From an uncultured Methanosarcinales archaeon (lineage in GTDB: Archaea > Nanobdellota > Nanobdellia > Woesearchaeales > UBA11576), in NCBI GenBank assembly GCA_964572875.1, contig CAZNGE010000003.1, forward strand, positions 12,377 through 76,376: a DNA stretch of 64,000 nt, in the 5' to 3' direction. The translations under genes and the position numbers were made by a program. Position 1 is the first letter of the stretch. Each line of letters opens with the position of its first letter. Below the pieces are notes generated by a model. The model did not search any database. It had not been told where the DNA came from and saw only the letters and a list, made by a program, of their open reading frames with translations. Shown in pieces: positions 18,436 through 27,951 of the stretch.

Positions 18436-18846
18436 ATGAAATGCGTAAGATTGAATGTCAAGAAAATCGAGGTTGACCGGTTCTCGTTAAAAGAGGGTGT
18501 GGACCTGAAAATATTCTTCGATGACGGCGGCAAGAAATGCCTGGCCTATTCGACCCAGCTCTCGAACGTCAATGATGACGTCAAGAACATCATCACGAAG
18601 CTGCAGGTGTATGAGAAGTCTCAGAACAAGGTGCTGGACGCAGAGGACGCGCTCGACAGCTTCATAAGCGTGCTCATCGAGGACGAAGAGTCCGTGATGG
18701 AGAAGATGCGTGTCTTCCTGGGCAGGCTGCGTGATGACAAACAGAGGCTCAGGGGCTTCGGCTCACATGACGGATACATGACCTCCCTCAACAAGATGCA
18801 GAAGAAGGTGCTCGAGCTCAAGCCGAGCGTCATAAGGAACGACTAA
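18436..18846 (+). CDS. hypothetical protein (possible partner of downstream PIN nuclease)
   Basis: 136-aa ORF whose stop lies 1 nt before the PIN gene start. No family recognised. Confidence 0.6.
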   Translation: MKCVRLNVKKIEVDRFSLKEGVDLKIFFDDGGKKCLAYSTQLSNVNDDVKNIITKLQVYEKSQNKVLDAEDALDSFISVLIEDEESVMEKMRVFLGRLRDDKQRLRGFGSHDGYMTSLNKMQKKVLELKPSVIRND

Positions 18847-18847
18847 G

Positions 18848-19348
18848 ATGCAGGAGCTTATAGACTCGCTGGACAGGAGTTCTGACGTCGATTACCTCCT
18901 TGACACCTGCTTCCTGCTGCACATGGTCGAGGAGGAGCAAACACATCATCTGATCGATTTCTGCAAATCCAATAAGGTCGGGATATCGAGCTTCAACCTG
19001 GCGGAAGTGGAGAAGGTGCATCACAGGCTTGACGGGACAGTCAACCACCATCTCAGGGACTTCCTCAGGCAGAAGCTGGTCAGCTGCGTGCCTGTCGAGG
19101 TGAAGCCCGGCGACTGGGCCATGGAGCGGAACTATGTCCGCGGGTTCGACGAAAAGATGCTCAAGCTCATCCCTGACGCGAGCGACGCAGTGCTGCTCGT
19201 GCTCGCACTGAAGATCAAGGCGAATGTCCTGACGCGTGACAAGCACCACATATTCACGACACAGGCCGAGAACCATCTCAGGTATTACGGGATAGAAGTG
19301 CTGAACGGGCTGCCGTCTTTAGAAGAAAAAGATAAAATAAAAAAGTAG
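18848..19348 (+). CDS. PIN-domain nuclease (VapC-like)
   Basis: YLLDTCFLL has the first acidic residue, SSFNLAEV has the Glu, and DASDAVLLVLALKIKANVLTRDKHH has the distal Asp residues. This matches the PIN acidic-residue pattern. Confidence 0.6.
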   Translation: MQELIDSLDRSSDVDYLLDTCFLLHMVEEEQTHHLIDFCKSNKVGISSFNLAEVEKVHHRLDGTVNHHLRDFLRQKLVSCVPVEVKPGDWAMERNYVRGFDEKMLKLIPDASDAVLLVLALKIKANVLTRDKHHIFTTQAENHLRYYGIEVLNGLPSLEEKDKIKK

Positions 19349-19370
19349 AATAAAAAATTAACCTGGCTTC

Positions 19371-21218
19371 TTACACCCTGGGCTTGGTCATGCTCACGAT
19401 GACAAGCACTATGATGCCGATTATCGCGAGCACGCTGAGCACTGACAGCAGAGCGAGATATGCCGGGCTGTCCGTGAACTTCTGGCTCTTGGTGGTGTCT
19501 GTTATCCTCGTCGGCATCGTGGCGACGACACCCTTGGAAGCGGATGACGGCTGTGTGCTGCCTGTGTAGAGCACGTCGACAGTCGATGTAGTGGTGCCTG
19601 GCTGTGTGGTTGAAGCTGTGCCTGAAGTCGAGCCTGTCGAACTCGTGCCAGAGGTGCCTGAGGTGCTTGATGTGCTGCCTGAGGACGAGCTTGAGCTCGA
19701 GGATGATCCTGTGTTTTCATCACATGTCACGGTGACGTCCAGGGTAGCCTCGTCTGTCTGCGTGTTGCCGCCATTCCTATAGAGCTTGGCGGTGAACGTA
19801 TGTGTCCCATCAGCCATGTCGTTCGGAAGCGGTATACTCTCCCTAAGGGTGAACTCGGTGCACTTGTCCTCATCCGGATTGTCGAACGCGTCGCATTCAT
19901 CATCGTCATACGCGCCCATGGAGAACTCCTTCCTGATGTCCACGTCAAGGGAGCTGCTCTCGATCTTGAGGAGAACATCGTCATCATTGTCCTTCCCTAT
20001 GGACCTGCCCTCGATATAGAGGGTCAGCGACCTGCCGCACTCTGCTATCGCGGACGACTCGAAGCGGCTGAATATGAACTCCGCTTTGTTATCCCTCTTT
20101 ATGTTGACCTCGAAGCTGAAGTTGGCATAATGCATGGCGCCGTTGTCATCCTCGCCTTCCGCGAAGATCTCGATTGTCTGCTTGCCCGAGTCGGCATTCC
20201 AGTCTATGAAATCATCATCAAACTCCAGATACCCATCCTCTATGTCGCTCTTATCGCCTGCGTCTATGCTGACGTCAGAGTTGTCGCTCTCTATATCATC
20301 ACCATCTTCGCCGGCGCCGTGGAAGACTCCCCAGAACTGTACGTCCATGTCTCCGTCATTATAATCATTGTCAAAGAGGTTCTCGAACTTGACCTTGACC
20401 TCGAATGAGTCTCCAGGCCTTGCGTCATCCCTTGCCTCATGGCCGTCATCGACACTGTTCCATGAGCCGTCATCGATGCTCACCTTTACGCTGTTGAACT
20501 CGAGCATGGACTTGGCATTGATATTGACATCAGATGTTGTTGAGGTCTGGGCTGACGTGAATGTCAATGTGCCTATCTTATGCACGCCTGAGTCAAGAGT
20601 ATCCGGGACGAATGATGTCATCACGACATTGAAGCTTGCGCCTGACGCCAGTGTAGACGGGTAAGAGCCTACCCAGGTTTGAGGAGCATTTGGCGTGAGC
20701 GAGATGCCTGTAAGGGTCACGCCGCCATTGTTTGTGACAGTGATTGTCTTGGTGGTGTTCTGGTCCCTCTCGCTCTCATCGTAATTGACGGCCGGCAGTG
20801 AGACCGAAGGGCTTGAAGCAGTCACTGTGACTGTCAGATCCATCAGGTCATAATGAGTGTCATTGTAGACAGCTGTTATGTTGCCTGCGTAAGGCCCGAC
20901 GAGCTGTCCTGCGGGTATGGCTACAGTCAGGCCGACTGCGGCTCCGCTTCCAGCAGTAAGGTCAAGCGATGTAGTGTTAAGATTGACTGCGCTGCTCGGG
21001 ATCGTTGACGAAGCGCCTACCAGATTGGACGGTATGAGCGCTATGCCTGTCAAGTCCTCTGCACCTGTGTTGTCCACATGGAACTGAGAACCAGGGATTG
21101 TGCCTGCATCTCCTGAAAGGCTTGTAGTTCCTTCAAGAATCTCTATGTTTCCGACAGCTAAAACGCTGAATACAAGCGCTAGAGCGAAAACAAGGCCTAA
21201 AAATATCTTCTTTGTCAT
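19371..21218 (-). CDS. cell-surface protein with Ser/Thr-rich stalk and C-terminal TM anchor
   Basis: ATG at 21218 after GGAGGT. Signal peptide MTKKIFLGLVFALALVFSVLAVG. Poly-Ser/Thr stalk (SSSSSSSSSGSTSSTSGTSGTSSTGSTSGTASTT). C-terminal helix LALLSVLSVLAIIGIIVLVIVS. Confidence 0.7.
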   Translation of the reverse strand: MTKKIFLGLVFALALVFSVLAVGNIEILEGTTSLSGDAGTIPGSQFHVDNTGAEDLTGIALIPSNLVGASSTIPSSAVNLNTTSLDLTAGSGAAVGLTVAIPAGQLVGPYAGNITAVYNDTHYDLMDLTVTVTASSPSVSLPAVNYDESERDQNTTKTITVTNNGGVTLTGISLTPNAPQTWVGSYPSTLASGASFNVVMTSFVPDTLDSGVHKIGTLTFTSAQTSTTSDVNINAKSMLEFNSVKVSIDDGSWNSVDDGHEARDDARPGDSFEVKVKFENLFDNDYNDGDMDVQFWGVFHGAGEDGDDIESDNSDVSIDAGDKSDIEDGYLEFDDDFIDWNADSGKQTIEIFAEGEDDNGAMHYANFSFEVNIKRDNKAEFIFSRFESSAIAECGRSLTLYIEGRSIGKDNDDDVLLKIESSSLDVDIRKEFSMGAYDDDECDAFDNPDEDKCTEFTLRESIPLPNDMADGTHTFTAKLYRNGGNTQTDEATLDVTVTCDENTGSSSSSSSSSGSTSSTSGTSGTSSTGSTSGTASTTQPGTTTSTVDVLYTGSTQPSSASKGVVATMPTRITDTTKSQKFTDSPAYLALLSVLSVLAIIGIIVLVIVSMTKPRV

Positions 21219-21619
21219 TTTAGTCCAGACCTCCAAATGATCTCTTTTATGCTAGCATAAAACCTGTATTTAGACCCTCAGGACTGTCTTAACGCCTCTT
21301 AAGGGCTTTACAAGCTTAGATTCCCCCTTTGGATGCTCAACAGCAAACACAAACAGATGTTTTGCTATTCTCAAATAGTAGCACTTATTATTTAAATATT
21401 TATGTAGTATAGAGCTCATGTCAGGCTTTTTTGGGTTCTATTGATTGCCAGTTCTTTCCTGTGCTTAACAGTCTGATCAGCCCTTTATCGTGATAATTAC
21501 GACATTTTACAGCTCATTCTGTTGCGAAATGATAAAAAATACGCTGATTAGTATTAAATAGGTGGTATAATCCGTGATTTCCATCAATACCCATAAATAA
21601 ATCAAATCCAGTCAAAAGG

Positions 21620-23149
21620 GTGAGACAAATCGCTAAAGGAATACTACATACACTTGGAACTCTAGTTCTGGGAGCGAGCCTCGCACTTGCGCCAGCACCA
21701 AGCGGCACTGACGCACAGGCAGGAGAGTACAGGCCATATGTGAAGGAGAGGGCATGCAAGTGCACACCTCATTACCTCAGGGGCATCAATAGGCCAAAGG
21801 ACAAGCTTGAGAAGATGCTCGAGAAGGACAGGACATACAAGACACTTGTCACGAGCAAGTACAACTACGACACTTCCCACCCGCCTGTCAACGGTTCAGT
21901 CGAGGTGCGCAAGAAGATCGACGGCGTCGATGTCTCTATGGTCTTCACGCAGTATGTCAGGCAGAAGGACGGCACAGTCAGGCACTACCATGCTGCAGGA
22001 ATCGATACCTATTCTGCGAGAGAGATGGACTGCATAATCAATGACATGGTGGATTACATAGAACGCGCGGCAGATATGAACATGCGCGACTACAAGGATA
22101 TCGTCGAGAAGATCCTGCCGGTGCAGGAGAAGATGCTCAAGGAGCAGGGAGCGCTCAAGAAGGGCGAGAAGCTCAAGGACTATCTGGACAAGGAGATAGA
22201 GGGATATCCGGGGCTCAAGTACCGGGACATACTGTTCCTACCTGACGTCAAGGTGCAGGACTTCATCCCGACAAGGTTCTTCTTCGGCGATTTCCAGGCA
22301 CTAGGCGTGAACTATACAGACTCGGGCATAGTGGGGATCAACCCTATGGCAAGGATCCTGGACTACATATCAGGGGCGCCTACGGTCATGATGCACGAGA
22401 TGACCCACAGGAACCAGAAGCTGCAGTTCTCTCCGCTGATGTACAAGCTGGACGCAGAGCTGTGGGCCTCGCTGCCAGAGCTCGTGCACGAGGACATGCA
22501 GTTCTTCATGAGCCACGGCTACCTCGTCGACCTGAGGAAGGTATCCAAGATACTCTTCAACATGGACAGCAACCTCGCGAGAGGGGACATGCGGTTCATG
22601 AGGACCATGATGGGAGAGGAGTACGAGAGCAAGGAGAACCACAAGAAGGTCAGGGAGTACATGAAGAAGGTGGACAGCATAAGCAGGGCCGTAAGGCAGG
22701 TCGCGTTCGAGAAATACATACCTCAGTTCTTCACCCATCCGCTCTATTTCGCGACGCTGAACGACTTCCTCAAGGATGACAACGCATCATTCAAGCTGAT
22801 GATGTACATGGAGTTCGAGCCCACGCTGCTCGGCGGGCCTGAGAAGACCCGTGACTTCGTGATGGAGAACGAGGAGATATTCAAGAACGTCGCGCAGGAG
22901 GTCATATGGGACCTCAAGAGCAGCAGGGGGAGCGGCCTGGACGACGAGGAGCTCAAGGTGATAAAGGAAGGCCTCGAGGAAAGGCTGAGGCAGATGGACC
23001 CCAAGAAGAAGAGGGCGCTGTTCAATGCAGCCAGGATGTTCGGGGTCGACACGTCAGACACCGACGGGCTCATCCGATTCGGGATGCGCATGTACCGGCT
23101 GGGACTGGTCGAGTACAACCCTGAGACTGAGGAGGTGATGCTCAAATGA
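21620..23149 (+). CDS. secreted protein with HExxH motif (putative zinc metallopeptidase)
   Basis: GTG start with signal-like GILHTLGTLVLGASLALAPAP. It has a single HExxH motif (VMMHEMTHRNQ). The family is not recognised beyond that motif. Confidence 0.5.
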   Translation: MRQIAKGILHTLGTLVLGASLALAPAPSGTDAQAGEYRPYVKERACKCTPHYLRGINRPKDKLEKMLEKDRTYKTLVTSKYNYDTSHPPVNGSVEVRKKIDGVDVSMVFTQYVRQKDGTVRHYHAAGIDTYSAREMDCIINDMVDYIERAADMNMRDYKDIVEKILPVQEKMLKEQGALKKGEKLKDYLDKEIEGYPGLKYRDILFLPDVKVQDFIPTRFFFGDFQALGVNYTDSGIVGINPMARILDYISGAPTVMMHEMTHRNQKLQFSPLMYKLDAELWASLPELVHEDMQFFMSHGYLVDLRKVSKILFNMDSNLARGDMRFMRTMMGEEYESKENHKKVREYMKKVDSISRAVRQVAFEKYIPQFFTHPLYFATLNDFLKDDNASFKLMMYMEFEPTLLGGPEKTRDFVMENEEIFKNVAQEVIWDLKSSRGSGLDDEELKVIKEGLEERLRQMDPKKKRALFNAARMFGVDTSDTDGLIRFGMRMYRLGLVEYNPETEEVMLK

Positions 23150-24891
23150 AGCGGATAAATAGATTCTTCAGGAACATTGCGCTGGCTGTAGGGATAGCCG
23201 CAGGAGCGGGTGCGGTCAGCGGCTGCCAGAACTGGGAGACCAACCTCGAGAACAAGCTCCAGGACAAGGGGTTCTCACACGAGCAGGCAGAGGTCGGCGC
23301 AGCAGTCGGGCTCCGCAGGGTCTTCACCAAGAAGGTCGAGGACGAGAAGAAAGGCACAGTCACCTACGAGTTCAACTACAACGTGCTCAAGGACGACGAG
23401 GTGCTACAGGTAGTGGAGGACATGTACAGTGACGTCAAAGATATGCTCGACTATGATGGGGGCATATCCTACCAGAAGTACCTGAAAAACTCCGGAAGAG
23501 GTGATCATCTCGAGAAAGAGGAGAAGATACTCAAATACCTCAAGGACATGATCCGCGAGAAGGTCCTGCACAGGAAGTTCGAGAGGCTGACAGGAGGGTC
23601 CTCGAGCTGGTGGTCTGGCGGAAGCTGGGGCGGCGGATATTACGACGACTGGATGTATGATAAAAAAGGGGATCCCGACGGCAAAGTGCAGGACAAGCAG
23701 GCCAAACCCGGAGATGAGACAGAAAAAGCCCTGAAGAAGAACCACGAGGACGAAGCCCAGGAGTACTACGGCTATGGCGGGTATGGCAATGGCTGGGGAA
23801 GGAGCGAGCCAGAGGACCAGTTCAAGGTCGACGAGAAACAGAAGCTCACCCTGGCAGACCTGTTCCCAAATAACCGGCCTAAGAGGGAGTTCGAGACAGA
23901 CGAGGTCAAGAAGGCCCGGGAGAGGGGAGACCTCAATAACGGCAATTTCAAGGTCGAGGAGATAAACACAGTGATAGAGTTCTGGGAGAAGGTCGACAAC
24001 CCTCAGTACCTGGTGGACCATGGCGAGAAGAGATGGAAGTTCAAGAAGAGAAGAGCAGGCGTAAGCATACTCGGCTTCAATGTAGACGGCGACAAGGAGA
24101 AGAAGACAGACTACATAGAGGTATTCAGGCTAAGGCCTGACGGGAAAAGGGAATCCAAGCCTGCTGTCAAGATGTTCAGGCCATCAGGCTCTGAAAGGCT
24201 GGAGGTCATCGTCGCTGACAGGGACTTCGAGGGAGAAGGAGGATACGGGGTGCCCGACTGGGTAGGAAGGCCGGACATGTTCGTAGAGAACGCGAGGGAC
24301 CTGATGGAATTCCAGGAGCTGCTGGACTTCATATTCCAGAAGAAGCGCGACGAGGAGAAACGCGAGAAGCCCAACATAGACCTGGAGATGAACAAGCTCT
24401 ACATCGTCAAGGCAGGGACATTGCCGATGAACTCTTTCGCCTGCGGTGACGAGTGCTTCGAGAGGTTCCTGCCGGACTACAAGAAAGGCCCGAACGGGAG
24501 TCCGACACGCTACATGGTGCACGTGCGGAGGGACATACCCGATGAGATTGAAGAGCATGAGAAGATGCACAAGGGATTCCCTATCAAATGGGTCGCGCTC
24601 CAGTACATGGGCGGAAGGTCAAGGGTCGTGGAGTTCTACAAGGTCAAGAAGGAATTCGCAGGCAAGGATCTCAAGACCAATGTCTTCGGCACAAGGGTCT
24701 CGATAGAGGATGAGACAGGCCTGATAAGGAACTACGACGTCAAGGCAGTGATTGAGGACAAGCCGTACCAGATAGCATTCGACAGGAACCGCCAGAAGAG
24801 ATGGACCATCAAGGACGAGGATGGAGACGGCAAATGCTTCGAATGCAAGAAGGTAGAGGCCTGGACGAATGATGTGATCCCGGATAAGTGA
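23146..24891 (+). CDS. putative lipoprotein, hypothetical
   Basis: The start overlaps the upstream stop (ATGA). Lipobox-like IAAGAGAVSGC. Trp/Gly-rich segment SSWWSGGSWGGGYYDDWMYD. Confidence 0.6.
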   Translation: MKRINRFFRNIALAVGIAAGAGAVSGCQNWETNLENKLQDKGFSHEQAEVGAAVGLRRVFTKKVEDEKKGTVTYEFNYNVLKDDEVLQVVEDMYSDVKDMLDYDGGISYQKYLKNSGRGDHLEKEEKILKYLKDMIREKVLHRKFERLTGGSSSWWSGGSWGGGYYDDWMYDKKGDPDGKVQDKQAKPGDETEKALKKNHEDEAQEYYGYGGYGNGWGRSEPEDQFKVDEKQKLTLADLFPNNRPKREFETDEVKKARERGDLNNGNFKVEEINTVIEFWEKVDNPQYLVDHGEKRWKFKKRRAGVSILGFNVDGDKEKKTDYIEVFRLRPDGKRESKPAVKMFRPSGSERLEVIVADRDFEGEGGYGVPDWVGRPDMFVENARDLMEFQELLDFIFQKKRDEEKREKPNIDLEMNKLYIVKAGTLPMNSFACGDECFERFLPDYKKGPNGSPTRYMVHVRRDIPDEIEEHEKMHKGFPIKWVALQYMGGRSRVVEFYKVKKEFAGKDLKTNVFGTRVSIEDETGLIRNYDVKAVIEDKPYQIAFDRNRQKRWTIKDEDGDGKCFECKKVEAWTNDVIPDK

Positions 24892-24988
24892 GAAGGCTTA
24901 ATTTTCTTTTATTTTAATGTTTAATTTATAAATAATCGAAACCAACAAAACCTGCGGTTTTGAGGTTTTGATCCCTTTGGAATCAAAA

Positions 24989-24999
24989 CATTTAAATAC
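24989..24999 (+). promoter_or_regulatory. TATA box
   Basis: CATTTAAATAC lies about 250 nt upstream of the GTG start at 25248, which implies a long leader if it is used. Confidence 0.4.
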
Positions 25000-25247
25000 T
25001 AGTTCTTCTTAGAATGTCAATACTAGTATACAAAAATACTCAATAACCACACTGGCGACATATAGACTACTATTATGTTAACATTGAGTGCGTGGATGGC
25101 AGCTACTTTTATTGATGACTTGTTCGGGTTAAAGCATGTTACAGTAAGGGGAAGAAGAGGCAAGAGCAACTTTGTGTATCTTCTTCTCGGCTTGATGAGC
25201 GTTGTAGGAAGCGCGGTCAGGTAAGTAGGGAAAAAGAGGTCGGACAT

Positions 25248-27941
25248 GTGAAAAGAGGTGAAGTGCTTCTGTCAGTTCTTTTTGTAGCTCTGCTATCCAT
25301 ATCAGTCAGTGCAGAACCTTCTCTTGATCTTGGCCCGCTCCAGCTTTATGAATCAACCCAAACAAGCTTCGAGCTGAACCTAAGCAACTACGGAAATGAC
25401 TATGAGATAACTTCTGTGATGCTGGATCTCGGCAACCTGGATGCTGTCGCGCTTGTGGATTACGCAGGATGGACAGAATCCTTTGACGGAAGCGAGGCGC
25501 AGTGGACAGAAGGTAGCATAGGCAGCAATGTCGTACTTGCGCTCTTTGAATATCTTGCAGAAGCGCCTCTTGTGGATTCTGATCTGGAGACGGATGCGGC
25601 CATCACACTCACTGATGCTGATGGAGAAGAGCACGAGTCCACATTCACTGTATCTATACTCAATGACGATTCCCCGCCTGTTCTCTCAGATTTCCTGCCT
25701 GATGACGAGAGCTATGTCAAGGAAGGCACGGATGGCCAGCTTGTGCAGCTTAATGCCACAGACCCTCAGACCGGAATAGAATCTATAGAATTCAGCTGGT
25801 CAGAATGCGAAGGAGAGAACATCACAACGCAGTCCATCAACCTGACAGAAGCGCAGGATGGGCTGTATCAGAGCACAGCAGACCTCTCTGCCTATGAGGA
25901 TGGAGACGAAGTATGCTTCAGCTTCACAGCGCAGAACAACGGAGGAGAGGTCTCTCACTATGATGGTCGGTTGACCATCGATGGCGTTCCACCAACAGTA
26001 GAACTGGTATCTCCCGTCGACTCGGCGGTTATAGGATTAGGCAACAATTTCAGCTTCTATGCTGCAGATAACAGCGAAGCAGTGATGAGCTGTGACATGT
26101 ACATAGACGGCAATGAGTACAGACAGGACATCGAAGCAGGACACATGGACGTAGTGTCAATCCCTGCAGCAGACGTCGAAGAAGGTGAACACACCTGGAG
26201 AGTAGAATGCGCTGACCCTGCCGGCTGGGCCGGGCAAAGCGAGACATGGACATACGATCTTGACAAGACACCACCAAGGATAGAGATGACATCTCCAGAG
26301 AACGACTCAATCATCGCGGACTCAACGGATTTGGAGTTCGAGGTCACGGATAACGACCAGGTCGCGAAGGTCTGGCTGCTCCTTGACGGCAATGAGACTG
26401 AGGTCGGGAGCGTGTTCAGCATCGACGTCACAGGTTGGGCTGAAGGGCCGAGCGAATTCGCGGTCATAGCGGAGGACGCTGTCGGCAATCGGGCTGAGCA
26501 GACCTATCGGATAATTGTCGACAGGTCCTCCCCAGAGGTACAGCTTGTAAGCCCAGCAGAATCAGGGACCAGCGACGTCCACGTCCAATTCACGTACAGC
26601 GTGCAGGACAACTACGATGACGCTATAGACTGCGTAGTATACATAGATGATGAGAGTCAAGAGCAACACATTGCGGAGTCAGGAGCTGAGACAACATATC
26701 CTATGGCAGTGGCCATCGGAGAGCATAGGTGGAAAGTTCAATGTGTCGACGACGCAGGCAATGCCGGCGTAAGCGAGGAGAGGTCGCTGAATGTCATTGA
26801 CACCAGCGGCCCGGACATAGACATCACAGAGGCTGAGACGGTCTTCAGAGGCGATCCAGTCACAATAAGCCTCACTGTGGACGACATCAGCGGAGTGGAT
26901 ACAGTATCGGCGCAACTGAGGGATCCTCATGGTGACATCCAGATCATACCCCTGGAGAAAGAGGACAACATGTACACATCCTCGGTGCAGACTTCGCATG
27001 AGTCGGCTACCGGCACATATACCGTAGAGGTGTATGCTGTCGACACATTGAACAATTCCAATTCAGCATCAGGCGAGATAGATGTCACGTACAGTTATGT
27101 GCTGGGTCTTGAGCTTGACCCCTCCACTGCACAGCCCGGACAGGTAGTGCAGGCGACAGGCAGTATAGCATATGACAACGGCTCGCTTGTGCCTGAGGAG
27201 AGCGTGACGCTATCATTGCCGGGCAATGAGACTGAAGAGCAGGGTATCGATGCAGGAGCTTTCGCGTATGCTTTCCCTGCACCCTCTGATGGCAATTATG
27301 ATATCTCTGCTTCAGTGACTAGCTCTGAGAACGGGCAGGAATACTCAGCAGCAGCGCAGCTCACAGTATCCACCCCGCAGCCGCAGGCACATGGCAATGG
27401 CGGAGGTGGCGGAGGCCGGGCGCACTCATCATCACATGCAGAAGAGCCTGGAACTATCAGCTGCAGCGAGGACTGGAGCTGCACCGCATGGACCACATGC
27501 GAAAACGGAAGACAACGACGGACGTGCGTAGACCTCAACAGGTGCGGTGATGATACTGCCGCATCAGAAGAGAGGCGATGCGCAGCAACACACGAGGAGG
27601 AGGAAGATGATAGAGATACAGAAGGAAACACAGTCTCTGCAATTAGAGAACCACTACCAGAACCAGAGGAGCACGAGATTGACGCGACTCCAGAAGACAA
27701 AGGAGATGCAGCAGGCATTGGTAAGGCCTCTGGCTTCATGAGCATGGTCCAGGCCAACCTGACCAGCGTCCTGATCTCGCTATTGCTGGCAGGTATCCTC
27801 GTCGGCATGCTCTACAGGTACGGATGGGGCAAGGGCGACAGCAGGAAAAAGCCTGCGGCCATGGACCTGCTCGGCGGCAGGGGAGACAGGATAGGTCTAG
27901 AGGACTATCTCAACGAGAGGGCAGCCAGGAGAAGGCTGTGA
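25248..27941 (+). CDS. large surface protein with multiple Ig-like domains, Cys-rich module and C-terminal TM anchor
   Basis: Signal peptide LLSVLFVALLSISVSA. Repeated domain boundaries DGVPPTVELVSPVDS, DKTPPRIEMTSPEND, DRSSPEVQLVSPAES and DTSGPDIDITEAE. Cys-rich module CSEDWSCTAWTTCENGRQRRTCVDLNRCG. TM helix LTSVLISLLLAGILVGMLY. Confidence 0.75.
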   Translation: MKRGEVLLSVLFVALLSISVSAEPSLDLGPLQLYESTQTSFELNLSNYGNDYEITSVMLDLGNLDAVALVDYAGWTESFDGSEAQWTEGSIGSNVVLALFEYLAEAPLVDSDLETDAAITLTDADGEEHESTFTVSILNDDSPPVLSDFLPDDESYVKEGTDGQLVQLNATDPQTGIESIEFSWSECEGENITTQSINLTEAQDGLYQSTADLSAYEDGDEVCFSFTAQNNGGEVSHYDGRLTIDGVPPTVELVSPVDSAVIGLGNNFSFYAADNSEAVMSCDMYIDGNEYRQDIEAGHMDVVSIPAADVEEGEHTWRVECADPAGWAGQSETWTYDLDKTPPRIEMTSPENDSIIADSTDLEFEVTDNDQVAKVWLLLDGNETEVGSVFSIDVTGWAEGPSEFAVIAEDAVGNRAEQTYRIIVDRSSPEVQLVSPAESGTSDVHVQFTYSVQDNYDDAIDCVVYIDDESQEQHIAESGAETTYPMAVAIGEHRWKVQCVDDAGNAGVSEERSLNVIDTSGPDIDITEAETVFRGDPVTISLTVDDISGVDTVSAQLRDPHGDIQIIPLEKEDNMYTSSVQTSHESATGTYTVEVYAVDTLNNSNSASGEIDVTYSYVLGLELDPSTAQPGQVVQATGSIAYDNGSLVPEESVTLSLPGNETEEQGIDAGAFAYAFPAPSDGNYDISASVTSSENGQEYSAAAQLTVSTPQPQAHGNGGGGGGRAHSSSHAEEPGTISCSEDWSCTAWTTCENGRQRRTCVDLNRCGDDTAASEERRCAATHEEEEDDRDTEGNTVSAIREPLPEPEEHEIDATPEDKGDAAGIGKASGFMSMVQANLTSVLISLLLAGILVGMLYRYGWGKGDSRKKPAAMDLLGGRGDRIGLEDYLNERAARRRL

Positions 27942-27951
27942 ATCCTGGAAA

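Noticed and set aside
24965-24989. Palindrome GTTTTGAT-CCCTTTGG-ATCAAAAC, reminiscent of a CRISPR repeat
   Set aside because: It is a single copy with no spacer-repeat periodicity anywhere in the window. More likely it is a terminator or insulator hairpin after the 23146..24891 gene, abutting the next TATA box.
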